This document shows positions 1-11,596 of a stretch of DNA of 64,000 nt, in pieces. The notes beneath the pieces are model-generated. The model had not been told where the DNA came from. It saw only the letters and a list, made by a program, of their open reading frames with translations, and did no database searches. Source of the DNA: Pirellulales bacterium (lineage in GTDB: Bacteria > Planctomycetota > Planctomycetia > Pirellulales > PALSA-1355); assembly GCA_963733035.1 (NCBI GenBank), contig CAVTBU010000005.1, positions 2,464,001 to 2,528,000 on the forward strand, read 5' to 3'. Made by a program: the position numbers and the translations under genes. Numbering within the stretch: the first letter of the stretch is position 1; each line of letters opens with the position of its first letter.

Positions 1-243
1 CAAACCGGTTTGAATCGCCTCGCTCAGGCCCAAACGCACCGGATGGCGAATCACTCGAACCTGCGGATAACAATTCGACAGATCGCGGGCCACGTCGGCC
101 GTATCGTCGCTCGAGCCGTCGTCGAGCACCCACAGGTGGAAGGGTCGCTTCAGATCCGACAGGACTTCCAGAATCTCGGTCACGTCGGCCGCAAGGTTTC
201 CCTGGGCATTATAGACGGGCAATAGCACACTCAGCGCGTTCAA
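1..243 (-). CDS. Glycosyltransferase family 2, N-terminal part (runs off the window start)
   Basis: Manual translation from TTG at 243: MNALSVLLPVYNAQGNL...WVLDDGSSDDTADVA...VRVIRHPVRLGLSEAIQTG. This has the GT2 'P.YN...DDGS.D.T' pattern, with GGGAG upstream. Not in the ORF track because it is truncated. Confidence 0.85.
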   Translation of the reverse strand, partial: MNALSVLLPVYNAQGNLAADVTEILEVLSDLKRPFHLWVLDDGSSDDTADVARDLSNCYPQVRVIRHPVRLGLSEAIQTGL

Positions 244-531
244 TAGAATGGCTCCCAATTGCAGTCTCAAGACACGATCGGTGACTCGCCGTGAGCCGGG
301 CCAACTGGCCAGTCACCCCCCTCGGCCGCCCACTATTGATCGGAGATGGCCAAAGCGCAACTCTACTGGGGCCAGTCGAATGCGGGCTGTGCGCGCTGTA
401 ACGACGGAAGCAACTCAACCGAGGGCAGTCGCGCCGGCATGGTCGCCCGCGCGGCGGTTAACACTCGGTCGACCGCCCCGTTCGTCACAGCCAGCAAAAA
501 CGGGCGGGAAAAGCCAATCGGGCGAATTGAA

Positions 532-2921
532 CTAGCGCGGCACGACCGACACCGCATAGTCGCGGCCTTCCCAGCGCTCCCCGTCGGTCCAACGAAACGT
601 GAAACGGATCGGAGACCGCTGTTCAGGCGCAACGGGCAAATCGACGTACGAGATGCCAAGCTCCAGGTCGCAGGCCGGGGTGTCCTGCACCGTTTGCCAC
701 TCGTTGGCCGTCCAGTGCAATGCAAACTCGGCGGGCGCTGAATTCGCAGCGTTGCCCCCGCCGGCACCTGCGTTGCATGTCGATTCGGCTTCCAGACCTC
801 AATCGTCGGCGGGCGCTGGCCCGAAAGGTATCGTTCGGCAACGTGCGGCAGAAAGTCGTAAACCTGGCCGTCGGCCACCGATCGCAACAGCGTGAGGTAC
901 TCGGCATGCGCCCACACCAGCGGCATCGCCGAACCGGTCGGAGCTCCAAGCCACTGCCGCGCCTCCGGTCGATCGGGCGCGTCCCAAACCTGCTCGGGCA
1001 ACATGCCGCTGGCCGCAAATCCCTCCAGGGCCCGGATGTAGGGCTTAACGTCACGTCCCGCGGCAAGCTCATAGTGGGCTCGCTCGCCGGTAAGCAGGGG
1101 CCAACCGCGTCCACGCCCCCAGCCGTCGAATGCCCCGCCGTCGTCGCGCTGGCCATAGCCGTCATGGTTATAGCGCCGCCAGCAAGGGCCATGCGGCGTT
1201 TCCACTTTGAGCAGTTGATCGACCACACGCAGCGAGTCTTCCATCAACGGATCACCCGCCTTGCGAATGCCGTAGCGCACCAGCTCGAGGAAGCCGGCAT
1301 CCACGATGTCCTTGGCCGGGAACAGGTACTGCGAGCCGGGTGCCTGATTCTTGATGGGCACCATCGCCCGGTTCGGATCCTCCAAAGGCTCCGGGTCGCC
1401 AATCTCAACCGGCAGGATCCTGATGTAGTGCCGGGAGATGCCCGGCACGAGCGTGCTTTCGGTGGTGACCGTCCAGCGCTCGATGTTGCCCTCGAGAAAA
1501 TCGGCGTAGCGCCAGAGGTATTCGGCCACGTGCTGGTCGCCATGCTCGCTGGCCATTTCCGCCGCACAGGCCAGGGCCGCGATATTGGCCGCCAACGACG
1601 ACGGCGAGTAGCCGCTGTTCTCCTCCCAGCGTTCCTGCGGCGTGGCCGGCCCTTTCCGCACAAGATATCCGGCCGCGCTGAGCACCATCGGATAGGGATC
1701 GAATTCGCGAAGCGCGTGGGCCTGCTTCACTCGCCAGGCCAACAGGATGGCAAACGACACTTCATCGAGTTGCACGCCGTCCCAGTAGGGCTCGCCGCTG
1801 ATCCAGAAATTCTGATGAAAACCGCCCCCGTCTGCCTGCGTGCAACAAAGGTAGACCAACGAACGGTAGGGCGTGGCCGTGTTGCCGGTTGCCAGCAAGG
1901 CCGTGGAGCTGTGCACCATATCGCGGGGCCAAACGAGATGATAGCCACCCAGATCGTCATCCCCCTTTGCTTCGCCCCAGGGAATGCTGAGCGAGGCGAT
2001 CAGGGCGCCAGGGTAACTCTTGTCCTCGTGGGCCAAGAGCAAACTATGACTGCGGCGATAGAGCAGGCCATCGTCGCCGGTCGCGTTTTTCAGCGGAGCG
2101 ACATGGCCGCAGGTGCGCTGCCACTGTTCGATGAAACGTTCGCGGTGCGTGCCGAACGGTGTCTCGATCGATTGCACCAGCGTGGTCTGAGCATGATGCA
2201 TACTTTCGCCCAGCGCCACGCCCAGGGTGAACTGGTACGAGGTGCGCAGGTCGAGCTGCGCCACCAGAGCGATATTGCCGTCGATTGCCGAATCGAATTC
2301 CCAGTCCATTTGGAAATTGTCGGACAGGTCGGTCCAACCGTCGCTGCTGCCCACGTAGCCGCAGGATCGCTTGAGAAAGGGAACCGAGGCCCCCATCGCC
2401 AGCCAGGTGTTGCCCTTGGTGGCCATCAGCATCTCGCGGCAGGCCATCGTTCCCAGGAAACCGCTGTTGCCACGGCCACAGCCTTCCAGGTGCGGAGCCA
2501 ACAGGGCGTAGACCTTGAGCTGCTCGAGCAGGGTCTCGTCCGCTTCGATCCGCGCGTTGACAAGCAGGCAAGCATAGTGCGGATCGGTAATGATCTCCTT
2601 GACGATTCGATAGCCGTGCTGTTCGTTGGTGTTGGTGAGACGAAAACCCAGCGAATGCTCGGAAAGCTGCTCCAGTTCCCAGGTCGTGTCACGGCGTTCG
2701 TCGTGGAAGAACGTCTCGCCGTCGGTGATCAAGAACTGCAGGTCGCGAATCTGCGGCCGGTCAATCGTTGGGTAGTAAATCTCGCTGACGATGCCCGCGG
2801 CCAGCGTGAACCACAGCCGGCTGCCGGCAAAGTACGCAGTGCCCACGGCCGACTTGTCGCTGCGCGTCCAGCGCGGCTCGATACCCGGGGCTCCAAAGGC
2901 GGGACGATCTGTGCGGCACAT
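532..2921 (-). CDS. Glucoamylase / glucan 1,4-alpha-glucosidase (GH15); apparent frameshift near 735
   Basis: Motifs AFGAPGIEPRWT, IASLSIPWG, GGYHLVWPRD, QERWEE, YNHDGYG, LPEQVWD and SAMPLVWAHAEY. The natural C-terminus (HWTANEWQT...FTFRW...WEGRDY) is in ORF 532..720 in another frame. Confidence 0.9.
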
Positions 2922-3160
2922 GGCGGGGATCTTGCTTGGGCGAAGTGGGTCCAGGGAAGGCTAGCGCTCGTTTTTGCAGACGAATCCCACCCCGGGCAAA
3001 CCGCACCGCAGGGGACCAGCAAAGTCTAGCTTGCCGCCGGAGATCGTGCGAAATCCCCGAGGAATTGTCCCCCCCGTCCCCCCGTCCAGCGGTTCCCACG
3101 GGCGTATACTAAAAGTACGGAACTCCTCGGCCGCCTGTGTCCCTATCTGCCCGAGCTGTC

Positions 3161-5146
3161 ATGAGCATCGACACCGACCTGGTCTCCATCGGCATCCACC
3201 ATCACCAGGCGGGACGCGTCGAAGAGGCGCTGGCGATTTACCGGCAGGCACTCTCTGGCGATCCGCAAAATGCGGCCGTGCTGAGTTTGTTGGGCGCGGC
3301 CTGCATCAACTTGCATCGCTGGGACGAAGCTGCCAGGCACCTGGCCGAGGCGCTCCGCTCCGACCCGAACCTTCCGGCCGTGCACGACAACCTGGGCGTG
3401 TTACAGGCCAAACAAGGCCGCCTCGGCGAAGCGGTGATCAGCTTTCGCCGGGCCGCCGAGCTGAGTCCCAACAATCCCCAGACGCAACTCAACCTGGCCG
3501 CGGCACTCGATCGCCAGGGAGATACCGCTGGAGCGATCGAAGCCTATCGGGCTGCCGCCCATTTGGCTCCCAACTCGCTCAAGGCGCATCGCGAAGCCGC
3601 GCGGCTCTTGCAGGCCGCTGGCCGCCTGACCGAGGCCGTACCCCATTTGCGACAGCTCGCGCGATTGAAAAGCCAGGACCCCGAAACCCGCTTTGAACTG
3701 GCCGCCGCGCTGGCCCAGTCCGGACAAACGGGAGACGCGATTACGGCCTATCAGGAGGTCTTGGCGCTCAAGCCCGACTCGGCCGAGGCGTGCGTCAATC
3801 TCGCTCAGCTCTACGTCGATAAGCGCGACTACGGTGCCGCGATGGAGGTCGCCCAAAACGCCGTTCGCCTGCGGCCTCGATTTGCCGAGGCCCACTTGAA
3901 CCTGGCCACCGCGCTGATGGGACTCAAGCGAAACGACGAAGCCCGAGTCGCGCTCGATACCTGCATGCGACTCAAACCCGAGCTTGCCCAGGCCTACAAC
4001 AACCTGGGCAACATCCTGGCCGACGAGTTCGACTTTGTCGGTGCCCAGCGCGAGTATCAGCGGGCGCTGGAGCGCAATCCGCAAAACGCCCAAGCCCTGT
4101 ACAACCTGGGAATCGCAGTGCTTCGGCAAGGTGACGTGCAGCCGTCACTCGAGTACTTCGAGCGTGCGCTACTGTTGGCGCCCGACTATGCCGAGGCCCA
4201 TCACAACCGCGCCAGCGCACTGCTGCTGCTGGGGCGGTTCGAGGAAGGGCTGGCCGAGTACGAGTGGCGATTCCGTTCACGCGATTTTCCTTCGTTCCGT
4301 CCCCGTTGGAAGGTTTGGGAAGGGGGTTCACCCGCCGGAAAGACGCTGGTGCTCGTGGCCGAACAGGGATTGGGCGACACGCTGCAATTCGTGCGCTATG
4401 CGCGGATGCTATCGGCCGAAGGGGCGCGGGTGATCGTCGAGTGCAATCCGGCGCTGCACCCCATTCTGGCCCGCACGCCGGGCGTCGAGCAGTGGATTGG
4501 CCCGGCCGATCCGGCGCCCGCGGCCGATGGCTGCGTGCCGCTGATGAGCATGCCGCATCGCATGCAAACCCGCGTGGAAACCATTCCCTCGGAAGTGCCT
4601 TACATCTTCGCCGACCATGAGCGCACGGCAGCCTGGCGCGACCAGGTTGTTGAACAAGGCCGGTTTCGCGTCGGCATTGCCTGGCAAGGAAACCCTCACG
4701 CCCCCTTCGACCGCGAACGCTCGATTCCATTGGAACACTTCGCTCCGCTGTCTCGCATCCCCGGCGTGCGCCTGTTTAGTTTGCAGAAAGGGGAGGGGAG
4801 CGAGCAACTGGCGGAAGTCGCCGAAAAGTCGGGCATCGTCGATTTCGGCGAGCGGCTCGACGCCGCCGATGGTGCGTTCACCGACACCGCCGCGATCATG
4901 CAGCACCTCGACCTGGTGATCACCAGCGACACGGCCATCGCCCACCTGGCCGGAGCCCTCGGCGTGCCGGTTTGGGTTGCGCTTACCGCGGTGCCCGACT
5001 GGCGCTGGCTGCTGGAGCGCGAAGACAGCCCCTGGTATCCGACTGCGCGGCTGTTTCGGCAGCATGAGTTTGGGGATTGGGGCGAGGTGTTTAAGCGGAT
5101 GGCCCTGGAACTCGAACGTTTGTCTGGCGATCGAAGTCGCCCATAG
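3161..5146 (+). CDS. TPR-repeat protein with C-terminal glycosyltransferase-like domain
   Basis: Many TPRs (AYNNLG, AEAHLNLA, AEAHHNRA), followed by EQGLGDTLQFVRY, VGIAWQGNP, LDLVITSDTAIAHLAGALG and DWRWLLEREDSPWYPT. Confidence 0.9.
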   Translation: MSIDTDLVSIGIHHHQAGRVEEALAIYRQALSGDPQNAAVLSLLGAACINLHRWDEAARHLAEALRSDPNLPAVHDNLGVLQAKQGRLGEAVISFRRAAELSPNNPQTQLNLAAALDRQGDTAGAIEAYRAAAHLAPNSLKAHREAARLLQAAGRLTEAVPHLRQLARLKSQDPETRFELAAALAQSGQTGDAITAYQEVLALKPDSAEACVNLAQLYVDKRDYGAAMEVAQNAVRLRPRFAEAHLNLATALMGLKRNDEARVALDTCMRLKPELAQAYNNLGNILADEFDFVGAQREYQRALERNPQNAQALYNLGIAVLRQGDVQPSLEYFERALLLAPDYAEAHHNRASALLLLGRFEEGLAEYEWRFRSRDFPSFRPRWKVWEGGSPAGKTLVLVAEQGLGDTLQFVRYARMLSAEGARVIVECNPALHPILARTPGVEQWIGPADPAPAADGCVPLMSMPHRMQTRVETIPSEVPYIFADHERTAAWRDQVVEQGRFRVGIAWQGNPHAPFDRERSIPLEHFAPLSRIPGVRLFSLQKGEGSEQLAEVAEKSGIVDFGERLDAADGAFTDTAAIMQHLDLVITSDTAIAHLAGALGVPVWVALTAVPDWRWLLEREDSPWYPTARLFRQHEFGDWGEVFKRMALELERLSGDRSRP

Positions 5147-8100
5147 CCGACGAGTTCCTTTCGGGCTGCGGGTCTAGCCGGATTGTGACTTCGCCCTCCG
5201 ACTGGTCGAAGTGGTACACCTGCTTGCCGGCGGTGATTTCGACCGGTACGTCAATCAGCCCTCGGTATTCGGCCGAACCTCCGTCGTCGGTGGCCTCGAC
5301 GAAGACGTCGCCGCCAATGAGGTCCCCGTAGCGGATGCCCTCCGCTGGGTGAAACTGGTAGCGCTGCCGCACACCGAGAATGGGCTTGCCTTTGCGTTGC
5401 TGAAGTTTGTCCAGATCACCGATCACGCGAATCTTCAAATCACGCCGCGGTGGTATCGCTACGCGAATGTCCGACTGCCCGGCCTGCACGGGCGGCAGCA
5501 TCACTTTCGCACCGTCCGCCGCTTCGGCCATTACGAGATAGTACGCGCCTTTCCGCAACTGATCGATCGAAAAATGGCCGTCCTCGTCGACACGAACTTC
5601 CCGAGGTTCCGGACGGCTGATTGTGCTATGCCCAAAGACGGCCACCCGCATCCTGAGGGCCGCACCTTTTGCAGGCGCGCCACCGGGTGAAAGCAATATG
5701 CCGGTTGCCGGCCGGGCCATGCGCAACTTGAACTTGAGCGGCGCGTCCGGCGGACCGGGAACCGAAGTGTTGGTGGGCAACGTTGTGCTCAGCGGTTGAT
5801 AGCCAGGGGCACTTACCGAGAGTTTATACGCCGCCTCCTGCGTCAAATGGCTGAGCGCCAAGGTACCGTGCGCATCCGCTTTGTGCGGGATTGCGGGGCC
5901 TGACGAACCGTTTCCCAAGGCAGGAACCGCCACGACCTCGGCTGGAACAGGGTCGCCATCTTCATTTTCAAAATCGAGGTACCACGTCACTCCCTCCCGA
6001 AGCATCAGGCGCACATCGGCAAGCTGCTGCCCCGGCTCCAGATCGAAAGGGCCGGCAATTGCCGGAGCGAAGTCATCCGCGAAAAACGCGAGTCGAACGG
6101 TGCCGGCCGGTATGGTTAGCGTGAATCGGTCTGTGAAGCGATCCGCCGTCCCCATCGTCGTGTTGCCGTTTCGATCCAGGTGCTGATAGTGCAGCATGCC
6201 TTCGCGTGTCGCCGGCGAACCGTCCGCCAGGACGATGCGGCCGCTGATGGTGGCTTTGGCATCGGCGGGCGGCTTCGGATTGGTCCGCGTGCCATTGGCA
6301 GGCACGCCGTCCGATGGATCCAACGTCAGTGTGATTTCTTGACTCTCTGTGATTCGTCCGAAAGGATAGCCCCGGTTGCCAATCCATAGGGTCAGCTCGC
6401 CGGGCATCAGCCCCCCACACTCCGCGAATCCACCTTCGGCCGTCGGCGTGACAGAGACATACTTGTTAAACAAATCGAACACCGTGGCATTCTTGACGGG
6501 CTCAAACTTGAACGGCTGGCGGATGTTCAAGACGGGTCGACCATTCCGTAGCGGAAGTCGGCCAACGTCGCCGACAATTCGAATGCGCACATCGATTCGC
6601 GGGGACACCGCGACCCGGATATCCGTCTGTCCGGCTTGCAGGAGCGGCAGCGCGGCTTTGGCGCCGTCCTGGGATTCGACAACATATTGGTACCACCTGT
6701 CGTCCTGCAATTGGTCGAGCGTGAAGCGTCCGTGCAGGTCTGTCTTCGTCGTAGTGTCGTCATTGTAGATGGAGAGTTCACCCTCATGTGCCGAGGCGCG
6801 CAAACTAATCGTGGCATCAGCCAGCGGCTGACCACTCTCGTCAACGACAACGCCGCCGGAGAGCCGCGCCTTTTTGAGTTCGAGCGTCACGGTTTCACCG
6901 GAGCGAATCTTGCGATACTGATCGAATCCGCTTTGATAGCCCGGTGCGCGGGCATTTAACGCATAGGGCACATCTGCCAGGTGCGTCAGCTCGAAGCGGC
7001 CATCGGAACCGCCGGTAATCGTAGGGGACGCGCCAGTGGCGTCGTCTCCGATTCGGGGGAGTGCCACGATCTGCACATTCTCGATCGGCTCGCCCGTACT
7101 GCTTTTGACCTGCAACGTTGCCGAGAAACCCTCTTCCAGCGTGAGTTTGATGTCATCCAGGTGGGCGCCAGCGGCAAGCGTGAAGGGGCCCTTCCAGGCC
7201 GGCGCATAGCCATCGGCAAAGTACTTCAGCCATACCGTTCCGGGTACAACAGCACCGGAAAACCGATCGGCAACTCCTTCCTCAAGAAGTCCGGAGTGGC
7301 CACTTCCCGAGTTATCTCTTTGTACGTAGTACAGAGACCCCGTACCGCGGTGCGGCGAACCGTCGGCCAGTAGGATGCGGCCGCTGATGGTGGCCTTGGC
7401 ATCTTTCGGAGGCTTGGGGGCCGCCGGCAGATTGTCGACCGTAGTCCACTCAAACTCGCGCACTTGAAACTCAAACTGCTTGATCTCGTCCGGTTTGAGG
7501 TCCTTGAACACGTAGATGGATTGGTTCACCGTGTCTGCGGCAATCATGTGCGAAAAACGAGTAGCGCCGTGAGTGCCGTTCGCGCGATCGATCGCGACCA
7601 ACCTTGTATCCTGGTCAAACCAGTTGTGCGAAACCACGATCATCGTGTCACCGTCCTTCTCGAACGCACCGGAAAGGACGATTCCTTTGCGCCGGTTGTC
7701 ACCCTGTGCTTGAGCGTACGTGTCGCCGCGGTAGACCGTGGTCCATGCGCCGTTCGCAATGCCTACGCGCAGTGTCAGCGTCTTGGCCGCTTCCGGTACC
7801 ACGGCGAGCTCCTTCAGTACGATCGGCTGTCGATCGTGGAACTCGATCGATGGCAACGTTCCGCGCAATCATTTGTCCCGAGCTAATCTCATAACGAACA
7901 GCCGAAGTGCGAGTCAGACCCGGTAGCTCAAAGACGACTTGTCGGCAATTTGGCGGTTTCATCAGGTCGGTGTTACGGTTACCACCGATACGGTTCGGCG
8001 AGGGAGCCGCACACGGATCGCCCTCCATGTTCCACCATTGCGGCTCGCCGGTCTTCAAGGCATCGCTTCGGCCAATCGCCAATACTTTGACAGCAGGGAC

Positions 8101-9360
8101 ATCGGAGGGCTCAGCCTTCTTGTCCGGCGGTTTGACAACCTGGCTCACCGCGTCCGGTTCGCCTGATTTTGCTAGTGACGTCGATACCGACGACGGATGC
8201 GAGAATCCGATAACTGGAGTCGCGATTAGTGCGATGGCAAGCGCAGTCACCGCAACTGCGTTTCCCCGTGAAAGACGCAGTGGATCGCGCATGGGTTCGT
8301 CGAGCAGCGCGGCCACGCGGCGCCGCAACTGGCTGGGTGAACCTCCATCGGCAGCCAGGGCGGCAATATCCGCTTGCGCAAGCAAATGACTTGTCGTCGA
8401 TTCGAAGCACTGCATCTCCACCAAATGGACGAGCGCCCCGGCATATCGAATGCGCGTCTGAATGGATGCGCCAGCCGCGCGGCCACAGGCCAGTTCGTCG
8501 CAGCAGAACTCACGCAGCGCGCTGACGCGGTGGCTCAGGTACCACAGCCCCGGATTGAAGAACAGCACTGACTCGGCCAACCGCTGCAGGAAATGTACCC
8601 ACAGGTCGTGGCGCCGCACGTGGGCCAACTCGTGAGCGAGGATCATTTCTAGTTCCGCCGCCGACAAACCGCTGACTGCCGCCAGCGGGAACACGATGGT
8701 TGGACGAACCAAGCCGGTCACGCAAGGCATCGCCAGCCGCTGGGAAATCGCCAGCCGCGGTACGGCATGCAGCCGCCAGCGCTCGGCGAGCGAGCGGAGT
8801 GAAGTTGCCAGGGGGGCGCTGATGAGCGGCTCCGCTTGGGCCAGCAGCCGCTGGCTGCGCCACACCCCGCGCAAGAGTCGCCCCAACATAAGCAGCACGC
8901 CCAGCGCGTACAGGACCACGACCCAGCGGGTGATCCGCTGCGCCATCGGGTGTGGTTCCGCCGCGGCCGGAACCGTCGCACTCGCGGAAGCGGGTGGTGC
9001 TTGCCGGTCGGTTCCGGCCAAGTTGGCGAAGGGAATTGTGGCGGAACGCTGATCCCGCTCGGCAATCGAAACGAATTCGACTTCGGAAGTTTGCGCCCGC
9101 CGCGCATCAGGCGGTGAGAAGGACGCCGGCTCAAGCACCGACCAAGTCGTTGCCACGGCGGCCAGTCCCAACACTAGCGCGGCGACGTGCAAGTTGTATC
9201 GCCACTCGACCGATAATCGCTGCAACAGCCGATCCATGAGCCAGACCACACCCGCCAGCGCCGCAAACTGCCATAACGAATGGAGCAGCGTTAGGCACAA
9301 CCGGCCGCTAAACGAGGCGTCAACTCCCAAGCGTTCGACGAGCATGCTCCAGGCGTTCAT
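5091..9360 (-). CDS. BlaR1-like M56 metallopeptidase with repeated carboxypeptidase-regulatory-like extracellular domains; apparent frameshift near 7860-7880
   Basis: ORF 7699..9363 has LLHSLWQ, transmembrane helices, HELAHVRRHD, FFNP and REFCCDELA. ORF 5091..7868 continues with beta-sandwich repeats (ATISGRI.LADGSP, G.F.LDQL). The start overlaps the blaI stop. Confidence 0.85.
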
Positions 9361-9755
9361 CACGGCTGCTCCTTGGCCTTGCGATTGATCAGCTTGCGAA
9401 GCTCGGCGAGTTCCGCGGCGTCGATGTCAGACGTTTCGATCAAGTTGAGCGCCATTTCGGCCGGCGATCCGCCAAACAGTCGCGTGGCCAGATCGCCCAG
9501 CACGCCACGCTGCAGCGTTTGCTGCTGGAGCTTGGGCGAAAACAAGTACGCCTTGCCTTCCTTGCGTCGGCGCAGAAAGCCCTTGCGAACCATGATGTTG
9601 AGCATCGTGATCACCGAACTGTGGGCCAGCTCGCGCCGGGCATCGGCGGCCAGCCGGGCACGGACCTCGCGGACCGGCAGCGGCGACTCAGCCCAGAGGA
9701 CCTTGAGGATCTCGAGCTCCAGTTCCGTGGGATATTCGGACTCGCGTCGGGCCAT
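9360..9755 (-). CDS. BlaI/MecI/CopY family transcriptional repressor
   Basis: PTELELEILKVLW...VREVR...LAHSSVITMLNIMVRKGFLRR...LFGGSPAEMALNLI. Directly upstream of the M56 gene. Confidence 0.95.
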   Translation of the reverse strand: MARRESEYPTELELEILKVLWAESPLPVREVRARLAADARRELAHSSVITMLNIMVRKGFLRRRKEGKAYLFSPKLQQQTLQRGVLGDLATRLFGGSPAEMALNLIETSDIDAAELAELRKLINRKAKEQP

Positions 9756-9826
9756 GTTTTTGTTCCGCGGAAAAGAAACCTCTCTGGCAGGAATCGTGTG
9801 AGGCAATTCCAAGCCGTCTCCAACAC

Positions 9827-9887
9827 CATCTAATTCTTTAGACAGTTCACGCCGCCAAGTCAATAGAACCATCTAATTTTTTAGATG
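9827..9887. promoter_or_regulatory. Two palindromic operator-like sites flanking a sigma70-like promoter for blaI
   Basis: CATCTAA-TTCT-TTAGACA (9827-9844) and perfect CATCTAA-TTTT-TTAGATG (9870-9887). On the minus strand, TTGACT-N17-TAAAGA lies between and within them. Confidence 0.75.
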
Positions 9888-10093
9888 ATGTGGCGGCGTG
9901 GCGAAAAACCAGCCCGCCGCTCGCGACGGATCGGCGGCGCCCGCGGCAATGCCGCACGGGTGGCAAAGTCTACCTAAAGTCCGCCCCCAACTTTTCTTGC
10001 ACTTCGCCCGCCAAGCGGCTACCTTGGAGGGGCCCGCCGGGCTTGATGTGGCCCGCCTTGCCTGCCTGCTTTTTCGCCGCGAAGGTGCGATTG

Positions 10094-11557
10094 ATGAGCA
10101 CTCGGTATCACACGATTCCCCAGCACTTGCGTCTCCATCGCCGTGCGGCCATTCAGGCCGGGGCGGTCGGACTTTTGGGGCTGGGGATGAATCACGTGGA
10201 CGGGCTGCGAGCGCTCGCCGCCACGACGGACCGGGCGGGTTCGAGCGATCCCAAGGCCAAGAACGTCATTTACATCTTCCTGTCGGGCGGATTGGCACAG
10301 CACGACAGCTTCGACATGAAGCCCGGCGCTCCCGAGGGGATTCGCGGCGAGTTCCATCCGGCCGCCACGCGCACTCCGGGCTTGCAGATTTGCGAGCACC
10401 TGCCGATGCTGGCCGAGCGGAGCAACCTGTGGTCGCTGGTGCGCTCAATGCATCACGGCCAGCCGGAGCACTCGGCCGGCCACCTGCTGATGCTCACCGG
10501 GCGGAACAAACTCCCCATCGGATTCAACCCCTCGAAGCCGAAACCCACCGACTGGCCCTCGATGGCGGCGATTGCCAACGCCATCTGCAAGCCGCGCAAC
10601 AACGTGCCACCGTCGGTCGTGCTTCCCGAGGTGTTGATTCATCGCGAGGGGCGGGTCATCCCCGGCCAGTTTGCCGGCGAGATGGGCTCGCAGCGTGACC
10701 CGATGTTCATCAGCTACGCCCGTTTCAGTAGCACGGCCTACGGTGCCTGGCCCGAGTATGGGTTTCACCATGCCCACGGGCGCGAGAATCCAAAGGATAT
10801 GGCCTTCGAGGCGCCGAATCTTTCGCTGCAGGCCGACATGGACCCGCGGCGGTTCGATCGGCGATTGCAACTGCTCGACACGATCGGTGAGCAAGCCGAA
10901 GAGCTCGAGCGCGCGGCCGAGAACGAGGCGTTCGATCGCGAGCGACAGAAAGCAATCTCACTGCTGGCCGACAAGAAAACGCAGGCCGCCTTTCGCATCG
11001 ACAACGCCAATCCGAAAACGCTCGATCGCTACGGGCGGAACACCTTCGGCTGGTCGCTGTTGATCGCGCGGCAGCTCGTCGAAGCGGGCGTACGCATGGT
11101 GCAAGTGAACCTGGGAAACGACGAAACCTGGGACACGCACGGCAACATCTTTCCTTCCCTGAAAGACTTCCTCTTTCCGCCGACGGATCGAGCCGTGTCC
11201 GCGCTGCTCGACGATTTGCAAGACCGGGGATTGTTGGATTCGACCTTGATCGTGATGGCCGGTGAAATGGGAAGAACCCCCAAGATCTCGCATCTGCCGG
11301 CGCACTACGCCCTGCCGGGCCGCGACCACTGGGGCACGCAAACCGTGTGGCTGGCCGGCGGCGGCGTGCAAGGCGGACGCGTGATCGGCGCCACCGACAA
11401 GATCGGCGCCCTGCCGGCTGCCAATCCGCAAACGCCCGAGAACATGGCCGCCACGATTTACCAGGCCCTGGGCATCCCGCGCGAGCTCGCCTGGCACGAC
11501 CACACGAACCGCCCCCACTTCGTGTATTTCGCCGACCCGATCCCGGGTTTGACCTAA
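10094..11557 (+). CDS. DUF1501 family protein
   Basis: Tat-like RRAAIQAG, then IFLSGGLAQHDSFDMKP, ICEHLP, RYGRNTFG.S.L.ARQLVEAGVR, WDTHGN, GEMGRTP and GRDHW. Confidence 0.92.
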   Translation: MSTRYHTIPQHLRLHRRAAIQAGAVGLLGLGMNHVDGLRALAATTDRAGSSDPKAKNVIYIFLSGGLAQHDSFDMKPGAPEGIRGEFHPAATRTPGLQICEHLPMLAERSNLWSLVRSMHHGQPEHSAGHLLMLTGRNKLPIGFNPSKPKPTDWPSMAAIANAICKPRNNVPPSVVLPEVLIHREGRVIPGQFAGEMGSQRDPMFISYARFSSTAYGAWPEYGFHHAHGRENPKDMAFEAPNLSLQADMDPRRFDRRLQLLDTIGEQAEELERAAENEAFDRERQKAISLLADKKTQAAFRIDNANPKTLDRYGRNTFGWSLLIARQLVEAGVRMVQVNLGNDETWDTHGNIFPSLKDFLFPPTDRAVSALLDDLQDRGLLDSTLIVMAGEMGRTPKISHLPAHYALPGRDHWGTQTVWLAGGGVQGGRVIGATDKIGALPAANPQTPENMAATIYQALGIPRELAWHDHTNRPHFVYFADPIPGLT

Positions 11558-11596
11558 ACGGCCAGCCCACAGGTGTGCACAACCCGAGTGCGCGGT

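Noticed and set aside
720..3029. Long antisense ORFs (e.g. 720..3029, 27393..28853, 40926..42593, 48675..50231)
   Set aside because: They mirror well-supported genes on the other strand, as expected in GC-rich DNA, and carry no motifs.
2993..3036. GGGCAAACC...GGAC.AGCAAAG resembling a c-di-GMP-I riboswitch
   Set aside because: No convincing P2 stem with a GNRA loop and no room for P3 or the tetraloop receptor; the match is superficial.
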